Assembly: GCF_018977255.1 (NCBI RefSeq)
Contig: NW_024704742.1
Coordinates: forward strand, 122,080,001-122,144,000
DNA from: Callorhinchus milii
Taxonomy: Eukaryota
DNA: 64,000 bases
Direction of reading: 5' to 3'
Made by a program: the position numbers and the translations under genes. This document shows positions 37,680 through 49,830 of this stretch, piece after piece. The notes under the pieces were generated by a model that was given only the letters and a program-made list of their open reading frames with translations, made no database searches and was not told where the DNA came from. Numbering within the stretch: the stretch's first letter is position 1; every line of letters starts with the position of its first letter.

Positions 37680-38100
37680 GAATATAATCGTAATCCTTGC
37701 ACTTGATATAGCGCCTTTCGTGTCAGGAGGTTGTCTCAAAGTGCTCCACGGGATTTACTGTAAAATGCAGTCACTATGTAGTTTGTTTGGACAAATTTGC
37801 AACCAATTTTTGTCCTACAAACAACCATGAAGTGAATGACTAATTTTATCTGAGGGATTGTTGGGCAGGACACCAGGACACAATTCTCTTCTCTTTTTGA
37901 GTAAAATCAAAACGTCCTCCCAACGTGAAAAACGCTCTATAAATATAATTTTGTTGTTGTTGTTGTTGTTGTTGTTGTTGAGTAGTGCAATGAGATCTTT
38001 AACGTCAACTTGATCAGGCAGACAAAATCTTAGTTTAATATCTCATCTGAAGGATGAAACCTCCAACAATACAACTTACTCCAGCATTACATTGGTGTAT
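37680..38100 (-). mobile_element. Old Deu-type SINE with an ultra-short L2 tail inserted at about 37903-37980
   Basis: SINE text tttttgagta|gtgcaatgagatcttt is split by aacgtcctcccaacgtgaaaacgctctat...(TTG)n; ttgagta is duplicated. Confidence 0.75.
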
Positions 38101-38764
38101 TAGCCAATAACCACAAAAAAAATTACATTTATATAGCGCCTTTCACATCAGGAGGATGTCCCAAGACGCTGAACAGTCTAGGGTTTGCACCTGAGCTGAA
38201 GGTTGTCTTCCCACCTCCACCCCTCTTGCCCTCCATTGAGACTTACCTCGAAGGAAGCGAGGGCAGGTGAGAGTTGAAAGAACTTGGGATGGAGTTCCAG
38301 AGATCAGAGACAGAAAGACTGAAGACCTACAGCTGATGTTGGGGCCAGCAGAGCAAGGGACATGAAGCAGGCCAGTATATGAGCATATTTGAGTTCAAAG
38401 TCCTGACATGGGGCTCGAAACCACAACCTTCTTCCTCAGAGATGAGAATGCTTAGGTTACCGTGAAGGGAATATTGCAAAGCATAAAATTGTTTCTCTGT
38501 GATTTGTACAATAGTAATTATACTGGTGAAGTTGGAAGCTTCTTGATGCACACCAAATGAATTGTAAAATGCCACAAATTTCACTGCATATGTTCTGAAC
38601 TTTTAAAAGAATATTGATTTCAACCGTTGAGTTCAAGGTTGATGGTGCCTTATGGAACTTCTGCATCAATGTGATATAACCTCTCCCTTGATCATTTTCC
38701 ATTTTTAGTGTGTTCAATTATTTCTCTTCCATTGGTCTCAGCTCCTGCTCCTTGCCTTCTGATG

Positions 38765-39260
38765 TTGGGGTTCAGGTTACCCTCTGGTATCCTTGCATTT
38801 TCTTGCATTTAATATCAAAATGGCCCTTGTTCATGTGTGAGTCTTAGCGCCAAGCATTAACAGGCCACTCGACTTTAGAGGGCATGACAGCTGAGTCTGA
38901 CCTGTACCAATACAACAACAACAACTTGGATTTATATAGTGCCCTCCATGCTGGACGGCGTCTCAGAGCTCTTCACAGTAACGGATCCCGGAGCCGAGCC
39001 AGGAGGAGGGGTGGGAAGGTGACCAAGGGCGCGGTCGAAAAGGAAGGTCTTCAGCAGAGACCTGAAAATAGGAAGAGAGGGGGCGAGGCGAAGGGAGTGA
39101 GGAAGGGAGTTCCAGGATACAGGATACAGGATGCCAAAAGCAGGAACGCTGGCTGTTTTTCTGCTCCCTATCTCTGGGAACACTGGAACCAATTTTACTT
39201 TCCCATGGAGCCGTGACTGACTGAGGCCAGCAACTCAGCATGGACCAGAATATTAAAACA
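38765..39260 (-). mobile_element. Family Y old SINE interrupted by an L2 3' end at 38911-39120
   Basis: gggcatgacagctgagtctgacctgtacc | L2(-) | ggatgccaaaagcaggaacgctggctgtttttc...gcaactcagcatggacc. Confidence 0.6.
38911..39120 (-). mobile_element. L2 3' fragment
   Basis: Minus ORF WNSLPHSLRLAPSLPIFRSLLKTFLFDRAL; (CAA)n tail on the + strand. Confidence 0.85.
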
Positions 39261-39264
39261 TTAC

Positions 39265-39555
39265 CAATCTGTCCTCTTCCTCCGCTTGGCAGGCACGGGC
39301 TTGCTCCATGTCCCCCACCCTGCCTTCTCCACCATCGGCGATCCGGCCTTCAGGCTTTCTCCCCCCAGCCTCTGAATCTCCATCCTCCTTCAAGGCCTGT
39401 CTCAAGACGTTTCTCTTTGATTGCGGCTTTGATCGTCTTCTCACTTACACCCCCTTGCCCTGCACCCCTCTTGACTCCAGCCCCCAGCTCAGGTGCTGGA
39501 ATCAAGCTTCACTGTCCAGTGCCTTGGCGCTATAAAATGTAATTTGTTGTTGTTG
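39265..39555 (+). mobile_element. L2 3' fragment
   Basis: SSFKACLKTFLFDC; tail ggcgctataaaatgtaatttgttgttg. Confidence 0.8.
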
Positions 39556-41123
39556 ATATGAACCTGCAGAGCTCTTGGTCAGTAAGTTGCAGCTCCATCC
39601 ACTACACCATCAAAGTTGCCTCTGCATCCTCAGAATTAATCTTAACATTTTAGGAATCTTAACATTTAACATCAAGTTTTGATCTATGAAGGTTTGAATC
39701 TTCAGCTCACATTTTAAATATTCTGTATCCAGCAGATTCTCACTTAGACATTGATCTAGAATCTCAAACCTTGCTTCAGGGCAATGTAGTATGCTGGACA
39801 TGTTATCCTGTTGACTGCAGGACTCCTAGAAATTGTATGTTCTTAATGTGTAAATATTAGTATGATTTGTTGCTGATATTGCCTTTAAACGTGTACATCA
39901 AATTCAATTTAATTTTTAGTAGACAAGATATGGACAGTATTAGCGGCTATGTGTGGTGTGGTATGATAGGATGCCAAAACCTCAAATTACTATGAGAAAT
40001 AGGCTCACAGCCCATGCTATGATCTTATTCATGCCAGATTTAATAGCATCACACTGACACCCATAATTTTGTAATACCAAGGATAAAAAATGAAATGCTT
40101 TTTAAAACTTTAATCTCCTGCTGTTGTATAGATTTGGCATCTGAAGCAGCGACTATTGGTATACATGCTGTCTTTGTTTGTAGGCCTTTTAAGTGAGCTT
40201 TATTTGTTTGGTTATTCACCTCATCATAGCTTTGTCTGTCCTCTTTGGCACATGCATCAGCATATCTCTTGGATCAAAGACAATAGACTTCAGTTGTAAG
40301 CCAAAATCAACATGCTTACATTTGCTTCTCAGCCAGAAGTTACGGAAGCCAACAATGCACGACAGCACGCAGCTCAGTAACAGCCTGGTCTGAACTGACC
40401 TTCCTAATGTACTCGATGATGTGCCTCTTACGCTGCTAAATATTAGACTGGTGGCTCAAGCAAGGTAAACTGATGATATTACACCAATTGCTGTTACCGT
40501 TATTTGTGCTCATTTTGCAGGGATGGAACATCATGTAAAAATACAGGATCTATCTACATTGGCCCAAATCTCTTGAAATTCTCCCTGGTCCTAATCAGCA
40601 ACCCTACCTGCAAATATTTCAATTATCCCAACATAAAAAAATCTGCTTTTGTATATTTCTGTGGGGAAAGAGTAGAGAATTGAGTTTATGATAGATCTCT
40701 CTATTGGAGGAGCTTGCAACAACCACTTAGATGGTATCTTTCACACAGGCTAAAGTCCTGAAAGTAAATCTTAACATTTCTGTTGTGTATGCTTGGAATA
40801 TATTTTGACATCATTTCAAAATAGCTATCAACAACCTCCTTGCACCTTTCCTATTAACCCATTTCAGTTATTAATTATCGTCTGTGTAAAGAAATACTTC
40901 CTGGTTTCTGTCCTGAAATTGTCCTTTGCAACTCTTAAACCTGTGACCTCTTGTTCTCCCGACTCAGTGCATCTGAAATTGGTCATCAATTTCATTGCTG
41001 TTTATTGGACATAGATGTACACAAATTGGCTGCTGCATTTGCCTACACAAAATAAACAGTCATTACATTTTAACATATATGTAAAGTGCTTTTAAGGCAT
41101 CCTCCTGACGTGAAAGGCACTAT

Positions 41124-41461
41124 AATAATAATAATAATTCTTGCAGTTGGTATAGTGCCTTATCATGTCTTCTAGACGTTTCAAAGCACTTCACGGAATA
41201 TACTGTCAAATGAATTGACCAAATGAATTGTGGGCGAAACGCGGCAGCCAATTGTGCACAGCAATGCCGCATAACAGTCATGGATTGAGTGACCATTTTT
41301 TTTTGAGGGATTATTATCCCTGGAAAATTGATCCACCAATTGACTAATAACCAGGTTCCTACTTACTGCTGGTAAACAGAGGAGTATGGAGTAAGGAAAC
41401 TTACCCAATGTTTCGCCCTGCTGGGAATCAAACCCATGTCCTCTCCCTGCGAGGCGAATGC
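41124..41461 (-). mobile_element. tRNA-Ala SINE, long subfamily, inserted in the tail of an older + strand SINE
   Basis: Host tail ...gtgaaaggcactat | atcaaatgcaaggattgttattatt is split by this copy; extra ~60-bp internal segment present. Confidence 0.88.
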
Positions 41462-42561
41462 AGTAAATCAAATGCAAGGATTGTTATTATTATCTTTCAC
41501 TCCCACTGTATGTCTGTCTCTGCTTGCATTTCTTTGTTGAACATATTGTTGTATCAGTCTTCAAATGTTCTAATGGAATGCATACCTCATAAAAAATACA
41601 TAGTCACTACACTTTACTTATATCCTGTGACCACTTTGAGATATCCTGCCAACATCAAATGCATATCAAATGTAAGGATTATTATTATTTAGGTAAGTAA
41701 ACAGAGCTTTATTAATGAAACAACTTTGAGAATAATACTGGAGAATGGAAATGAGAAGACCAAGTGGTAGCTGCATAGAAGTGGTCCTAATAACACTGAA
41801 TACCTTGAGCACCACTATTCACGATTTGACTTCTCAGGGCGGTAACTATTTTTAGATTCCAGTTGATTAATTGTACAAGTTTGAATAATTGCCTTTTCAT
41901 TAAGTTAGTTTGGCAATTGACCCTTTACTCTTGTAATTTTAAGACAATTAATTTATGGAATGTTTTTCACTGAGGTTGCTGCCACGGTTCGTTTTGCAAA
42001 ACTTGTCAGCAGCAGAATGTTTTATAAAATCACTAGAGGCAGATCAGTCCATGTGGATTTCAAGGCTGAATGTCTAAGTGGTTCTGATAAGTTTTTTTTC
42101 AGTGAATATATATTGAATTACATGTGAATACTGCAGAACTAGACTAAGTTGCCTTGTCCATCCTTCACTGCTGGATCAAGGTATTCTTTGCATGATTAAA
42201 ATCATCTTTGCAGAATACCAGCAGAAGCCTTCAATTTAACCTTGTTTTAACACATAAGACCATTTTGTCTGAAAACTTAAGAAGGTGCAGATTTGGAAAT
42301 TACAATTCAATTACAATTTTAAGTGTTTCACACTAACTGGACGCCTGAGCTGGGGTTAGGGTGTCGGGCCTGTAGTGGGATAAACAGTTGTGTTTTAAGA
42401 GGGTCTTTAAAGGTGGGGAGAAGGGGTGAGGTGGAGGGACTCTGGGATGGAGTTCCAGAGAGTGGGGACAGAATAGTTGAAAATTTGCCTACCGATTGTG
42501 GGGCAGATTGGGAGGGTGAAATGGAAGCAGACTGGTGTTTGCTGAAATTCTCTTTAATACC

Positions 42562-42756
42562 TGCATTGCCTGAAAGGGTGGGGAAGCCGATTCGATGACA
42601 ACTGTTAAGAGAGAAGTAGATAATTATTTGTGGAGTACAAGTTTGCAAGGCTATGGGCTAGTGGGATTGAATTGGAAAGCTCTTTTCATAGAGCTGGCAC
42701 AGACACAATGGGCCGAATGGCCTCCTTCTGTACTGTATAATTCTATGATTCTATGA
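42562..42756 (+). mobile_element. CR1 3' end
   Basis: ttgcctgaaagggtgg...gggccgaatggcctccttctgtactgtataattctatgattctatga. Confidence 0.85.
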
Positions 42757-42923
42757 ATTCAGTCTTAATTTGGGAGGCAGTTTCTTTTTAAGAAGCCAGA
42801 AAACAGCCTTCCAAATGAACACTAGATTGAATGATTTTCAACAATTCTATGCGATTTAAATGTTAACTTAGTGAAATTTGGTTTTAGTAAAACAATAATT
42901 TTTGTAATTCGGTTGAAGTGATA

Positions 42924-43325
42924 TGTCGGCTTGGCTCAGTTGGTAGTACTCTCGCCTCTGAGTCAAAAGGTTGTGGATTGAAGACCCATATCTGTACCTG
43001 AAACTCATGTAATCAATGTGATGAAGTGCTGTGGGTGTGCTGCATTAGAAGTGTTGTCCTTCAGAGGTGGTGAAACCTAGCACCCATCTGCTTGCTGAGG
43101 CAGACTTTAACCTATCCCATGGCACTATTTGAAAAGAGAAGAGAATTTCTCCCAGTGAGCTGGCTAATTGGTCATTCACTTCATAGCTGTTTGGGGGACA
43201 TCACTGTGATCAAACCGGCCGCCATATTTAGTTACAAATATGCAGTCCTTACACTCAATATACTATAAAGCACTTTGTAATAAGTAATGTAATAAGGCAC
43301 CACATCAAATTGCAAGGATTGTTAT
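42924..43325 (+). mobile_element. Old full-length Deu-type SINE
   Basis: Head gtcggcttggctcagttggtagtactctcgcctctgagtcaaaaggttgtgg; core and tail as in the 5719 copy. Confidence 0.75.
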
Positions 43326-44089
43326 AATTTTATTATTGACAAATAATGCATTTTAAACAATAACATCTATGACTTAGATTCCATATTGAAAACCATTTGT
43401 GACTGTATGAATATTGCCCATTGACAAAAAATATGCGCAGAATGTGAAAGAAATCTTAAAAAAACTCTGCTGCTGTAGAAACCACACAGCTGATTAAAGT
43501 TACAAATATAGAATCTGTTAATACACATTGGAGCTGGAATCAGCTCAAACACAGAACTAGAGTTTGGCTTTGTGTTGAGGATTATACTTAACCTTTCACC
43601 GTGACAAATCACATCTGTCTCTGTAGAAGTTATGTTTCTTGTTTCTGAGTTTGTTATGTTTCCTTCCAGGCAGGTTATGTGAAACTAAATATTACAGATA
43701 TTCATTCATGCGTCACAGGACGGCTTGCACCTTGAATCTGACACTGGTTTGTGATTAATTACCATTACTTACAGTGCCTTTCCGTGCTGTTTGGCTTTAC
43801 GGGAAAATGCCGAGAATCTTTCCGCTTTCTCCGTAAATTGTGATGAACCAAGTTTTCTACATCGTTTGATTGTCATTGGATCACATATTTGATGTTGTTT
43901 GTTCTGAGTCAATGTATGGCTCATGAAAATTAGCATCTCCCACAATAGAGCAAAATTCTAATGATCGTTGCTTGGCTCTTTAAAATCTGAGCTCCAAAAT
44001 TCCACCTATTACCTAGTTTTTTTAAAATATAAATATACTGCATTAATTACTTTTTTTAATGTTCTCCCCACTGTCATATACCTCTGCTC

Positions 44090-44345
44090 CTGGTCTGGCC
44101 TCCTCTTTCTTGAGTGGTTGCCATCCCGTACCCTGTCCAAGTGACCATTGTCCATGTGTGAACCTTGACGCTGAGTTGCATCAGGCCACTTGATTGTTGA
44201 GGGTATCACAGTCAAGCCTGACCTCTCCCCACCCAGCTATCATACATGCTGGCTGTTTTTTCCCTCCCTAACCATGGCTGGGGGCAATTTAGCCATTCCA
44301 GACAACCCTGGCTGAGATCAGCAACCCCAGCACAGAGGTTGTAGA
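44090..44345 (-). mobile_element. Family Y old SINE
   Basis: ggtctggcctcctct...caagtgaccattgtccatgtgtgaacc...ggctgagatcagcaaccccagcacag. Confidence 0.6.
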
Positions 44346-45289
44346 ACCATTTTGTGTCAAAATATAAAATCACGTGGAATTGTTGAAATTTCGTAAATTC
44401 AGCCTTAATTAGGAAGCCGATTTTCCATACAACAACAACAACAACAACAAGATTCCATTTATAAAGCGCCTTTCACGTCAGGAGGACGTCCCAAGGCGCT
44501 GGAGTTATCACATTGTTATCACATTGAAACTTCTCTAGGGCTTTACAGAGATTCCTGTAAAATGTAGTGACTATGTATTTCTAGGTGAATGTAGCAGGCA
44601 ATTTGCGCACCACAATGTCCCACAAACAGCCATCAACTGAATGGCTCAATTTTTGGCCAGGTTTGATGGGAGAAGGTCCTTTCTCTTTTTGAGTAGTGCC
44701 ATGGGATCTTTAACAACCACCTGAACACGTAGATGGGACCTTGATTTAACATGTGAAAAGAAGGATGGTACCTCCAACAATAATAATAATAATGATCCTT
44801 GCATTTGATATAGCACCTTATCACATTGTTGCACTGCAGTGAATTCCAAACTCCCTTAAATTGTCCTTCAGCTTCCTGCAATTTCTCCGGAAACACCCAT
44901 GAAAAATTAGGGAAAGCTATTTCTATTCCTGCTTGGAATACTGATAGTGCTGTATTAGCTATAGTAATGATGGACCCATTTCAGAGGGTTTCGTAATTCT
45001 GTCTCTCTTTCATTGTTAGAATGAGAGCAAGAGGGATTTAATATAAAGACACATTGTGCAAACACAGTATCCTGTGGCTCAGGGATTCCAGGTACCTGCC
45101 AGCACCCTCAGTCTGCGTATGTGGGAATTACTGAGGTAAAGCCTCAGTGGACACTGAGTTTGCTTACAAAATATACAGGTACTACGCCCTACAGTAAATC
45201 CTGTAAGGCACTTTGAGACATTTTGACAAGATAAATGCTACATTAAATACAAGGATTATTATTAATTTATTATTAGACGGGTTTAAGTT

Positions 45290-45599
45290 ATAATAATAAT
45301 AAAAATAAACCTTGCATTTGTTATAGCGCTTTTCATGTCTTCTAGACGTCACAAAGCGCTTCACAGAATATACTGTAAAATGAATTGACTGTATATTTTG
45401 TGGGCGAAACGTGGCAGCCAATTGCGCACAAACAGTCGTGGATTGAAGTGATTAATTTATTATTGTTTTTATTCTTGAGGGATTATTATCAGGCGTGTGG
45501 AGTAAGGAAACTTGCCCAAGGTTCCGACCTGCTGGGAATCAAACCCAGGTCTTTCGCTTGCGAGGCGAGTGCTCTAACCACTGAGCTGCAGGACTCCAC
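45290..45599 (-). mobile_element. Full-length tRNA-Ala SINE
   Basis: Complete reverse-complement copy ending ctgagctgcaggactccac. Confidence 0.93.
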
Positions 45600-45649
45600 A
45601 GTTAATGACTCAGCAAGGACTTTTATTGAAATGGTATCTCTAAGGTTGC

Positions 45650-45850
45650 AAGCTATGTGATTTTAGCTGGTTAAACTCCAGCAGTATCCCAAATGCACAC
45701 TATGGAGTCCCTCATGTAGGCTCTTGCCAACCTACTTCTAATACTTTGGTAAGAATTAGGTAAGCAAGGTAACTCCTTTGGGATTAGAGTGCACATTCCT
45801 TTCCAGACACGGGAATTTCTGTGTAGGTGGCATACATAGAATTCTCAGAC
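45650..45850. repeat. Family X repeat, uninterrupted
   Basis: gctatgtgattttagctggttaaactccagcagtatcccaa...ggctcttgccaacc...gaattaggtaagc...gtgcacattcctttccag. Confidence 0.65.
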
Positions 45851-47317
45851 TCATTCTCACTAAAAGGCCTTGCTGCATCATTAACTTAAACCCATCTAAC
45901 AATAAATCAATAATAATGCTTGTATTTAACATAGCGTCTTATTCTTAAGCGTAGAGATGGGTTTCTGTATGTATCAGATGCACAGGTGTCAGAATAAATA
46001 AGATGACAAAATAAACAAGATCACACACCAAAGTGACTTAGACTTCCTAATTTTACAGTGTAGTGAATCCTCACAGTATGAATCACAAATATGAAAGTGC
46101 TCATATGACAAGTGTGTGTAAGCTGCTGGTTTTGTTAATAGGAAGGAATGTAATAAAATTGTTCAATAGTACCTAACTGAAATATAGTCTGTGAAAGAAA
46201 GATGATTTATAAAGTAATCTTAAAATGTATTTGAAATTGTTTCAATGCAGACCTAATTCTTTGTGATATTCTTTTAGTGCAGATTGTACAGTGACATTAT
46301 CATTGTGTCAACAAGTCATTTGTGATTGTGATCGTGAGTATTTGCACACCATGAATCAGACTGAGCTCAAACTAATTTCACAGGAAACCTTCCCATTCTA
46401 TCGATTTGGTGTGGCTTTAGAAGGAGGCCAGTACTGAATTAAGGAAGCCCAGCATACCTTACAGGTTCCATTTTCACTAACTAACAAGACTGCCCCCATT
46501 TGAATATGTACACACCATTCCAATCATGTCAATGAAAACTGTTGTGAATTTCAAATACTGATTCAAAATGGAATTAAAAAGAGCCCACTTTATTATGTGT
46601 TTGGGATTGTTAGCATTCGGCATTAATATAGTATAGAATGAAATGACGGCCGATAATGACTTTTAAACCCTAATCAGCAACTCAGGATTTATTAATAGCT
46701 TGAACAAATCTTGCTTTTCTTTGTTATTTTGACACACAAAATGTCACTCGTCCTTCAATCTGAATTCCAACTGAATTTTTGCAAATTAATGACATCTAAT
46801 GACGCCATCAACAACAACAACTTGGACATGTGTAATACCTTTCATATAGGATAACTCCTCAAAGCACTTCATAAGAATGAAGTGCAAACCTGAACAGGAT
46901 GAAAGATGAGACAAATGTGGGTAAGATGATGGCCAAATGCAGGGGTGAAGGCTTTTAGAATTGTACAAACAGAAGGTAGGTGTGTGATGCAGAGAAATTA
47001 ACAACAACAGTAACTTACATTTATATAGAACCCATCACACAGGGTAGTGTCCAAGAGAGCTTACAGTGGCAGAGCATGAGTAAGAGGAAGAGTTCCGCAG
47101 AGCAGTAAGTACAGTGACTGAAAGCTTGGTTGTGAATGGTTGGGTGGAATGGCAGGGATGTGCAGGAGGCCTGAGTTCATAGAGCAGGTGGAGTGGGTAG
47201 GGGAGTGAAGTTGGAGGAGATTGCAGAGTTTAGGGACACGGCAAGGTATGGAGACATCTTAAGGGTCAGAATGAGATTTTTAAATTCAATGGAACCTGAT
47301 GAGGAATTTTATTTTGC

Positions 47318-47532
47318 TTAACTGGGTATCTGGTACACACACAAACCCATCACCATGCTTAAGTGCCAAACTTCCATATGTCTGAACTGGGCTGTACACT
47401 CACTCTCTTTGGAGAGACCTGCTTGCCTCAATCTGGTAAGTTTGTCAGGTGGTCAGAGTATCAGCCTGGGGACCCCAGCGGTTGCGTTGGGGTACTGCTG
47501 TTGTTCAATAAGTTAAAATCAGCAAGCTTGGC
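47318..47532. repeat. Family X repeat, opposite orientation, diverged
   Basis: aaacccatcaccatgcttaag...cactctctttggag...gttggggtactgctg...taaaatcagcaagctt aligns with 53860-54435. Confidence 0.5.
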
Positions 47533-49399
47533 ATTGTTGGTGATGTGCTTGTGGACCCTTGTGCACAAGAGGATACAGGCTGCAGAGTTCTGGATAAACT
47601 GGAACTAAATTAAGTGTTGAACAAGGAAAACCAGTGATGAGAACTTTAGAGAAATCATAGTGACAAAGATGCAAATGAGAATTTTGACTACATTCAGCTG
47701 CTACTTCATTTGTACCTTGGGAAACCACAGGGGAATTTCTTAGATTAGACCTGGTGGGAAACTTTGGAACAATTATAATGCCCACAGCGACAATTGTCAA
47801 CACATAAAGACACACTTCACAATTTCTGAAGTGGAATCAGTTGGATTGGGTAGTATAAAGTGGGATATCAGTCCTCACTAAATAGTACTAATGATACAAG
47901 AATTGGTGTTGAATTACATTTGTTTTTTTTCTGCCTAAAGTAATAGAATCAAGGAGCTAAATGGTATTTGCCCGAGTGAATTGATAATATTTTCTGTAGG
48001 AAGTGCAACACTGTGGAATTTGAAGCTCCAGCCAAAGCTTTGTTTAGAGCCTTCTTTAGAAAGAAATTGAACTGTCATAGCCTAGCTTGTGCTGTGCCAC
48101 ACTGTAGGACAGACGATGAGATTTTCATGGACGATCGAGATCTAAAATGAAAAAATTTTTACCTTTGCATTTTCCATACAAGAAGGAAAATGAATGAATC
48201 TTCCTGTACATCTGTGGAAAGGAAAGTTGAAGGAAGATAAGGAAACAAACAGATTGTGTAGAACAACTTGTATCTCAAAGTGACAGCTGCTTCTGGCAGT
48301 TTGCTAGACAGAGAACTGAAGGAAAGCCCCCCATTTGCAATCCTTTATGAAACAAACTGAAAAAGAATTGGAATTAACTTTAATATTTCTTTCTGCTGAT
48401 TTTTTAAAAAACTGAAACATTTGTTGACTTGGGAAGTGCTGAGTATATCATTGGATTATGCAAGAATTTCTGTGCCTGGTAGCATCAGGCAAAATAATTG
48501 CACAAAATGTTTATTCCACAATCAAGATCTTGGCTGCCCCACCTAATATCCCAAAGTGTTCCATGACTAACCCTACTTTCTGTACTACGAAACTACAATT
48601 AAGGCTTTACTGAAGACTTTGGGCTTTACCAGTAAAATGTTCACTGAAATCTCTGGCCTTTGTGGGATAACATTTCTCTCTTAAGTATCACATCAAATTG
48701 CAAAGAATCACATAGACTCTACAGCACCAGAGCAAGCCATTCAGTCCAACTTGTCTGCAATGGTGTTTCTATTCCACACTTTCTAATCATCCTCCCCCTT
48801 TATTGCTCCAAAGGCCATATGTTCATTTGAAATAGCACCTTATCAAGTTGAATTGTCTTACTGAGTTTTCCGTGGTGTGAATTTGTAGGTAAACACAGAG
48901 CCAATTTGTAGCACTGCAAAGTCCCATAAATAATCATGAAGGAAATAATCAATTTTATTTGGGGGGATTGTTTGGCCAGGACACCAGCAGAAAGTCCCAA
49001 TTTCAGAATTAAAGGCCCATCAGCTTGCTTTGTCCCTTGATATGGACAAATGGGTGAAACTTGCATATTTCCATATATTTGTGCGTCTGACAAAAAAAAC
49101 ACAGACAGCCTTGTTTTTGCATGTTCCATTCCTAATTACTTCTAGCCCGGATATTCTTTGAAGCTTGTGATGTGGAATAACCTGACTGCCTTGTATCTCT
49201 GAGTGCTGTTTCTTGAGGACACCAAATTAGGCAGCATCCTAGTATCATAATATTTAAGGCATTTTACGACAAATACTTCTTGAGGGTCAATTTTTAAGTC
49301 TGAAATTTGTCTTTTACGTTCATCACTATAATAATACTAATTGTTATTATCACTATTTATAACATTATTATTGTCATCATCATCACTATTTGTGCTGGC

Positions 49400-49830
49400 G
49401 CCTCCATTGCCTCCTCACCTCAGGGACTGACCATATTGACCTCCTTGTTCACTCAAAGAGCCATTATAGAACGTTGGTGTTTTTTTGACCTTCAAAACTC
49501 CCTCAAAACCTTTCTGCAGATTTTCACCAAGTCTGCTTTCCTCCATCTTTGTCACATCTCCTGCCTTTGCCACTACCTCATCCCCATCACAGCCAAAACC
49601 CTCATCCATATCCTTGCCACCTCCAGGCTTGATTTTGTCCAACTCTCTGTTCACTCACCTCCCCGTCTCTATCCTCCACAAGTTCCAGATCAACCACAAC
49701 TTTGCAGCCTGTAATCTCTCCAACATTACACTTTGCAAGCTCGTTACCTCTATCCTTGCCTGGATTTACTGGCTGACCTTCAGCAGATCAACTTTAAATT
49801 CTCTTCTACACTATAGAACACACTTACCCT
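49400..49830 (+). mobile_element. Old L2 ORF2 fragment
   Basis: KSAFLHLCHISCLCHYLIPITAKTLIHILATSRLD parallels AYYHLRNIARL...AKTLTHAFVTSRL in the 56225 copy. Confidence 0.75.

Noticed and set aside
48106..48150. Short acidic peptide TDDEIFMDDRDLK* after a tag
   Set aside because: Weak pyrimidine tract, no recognisable homology; likely chance.
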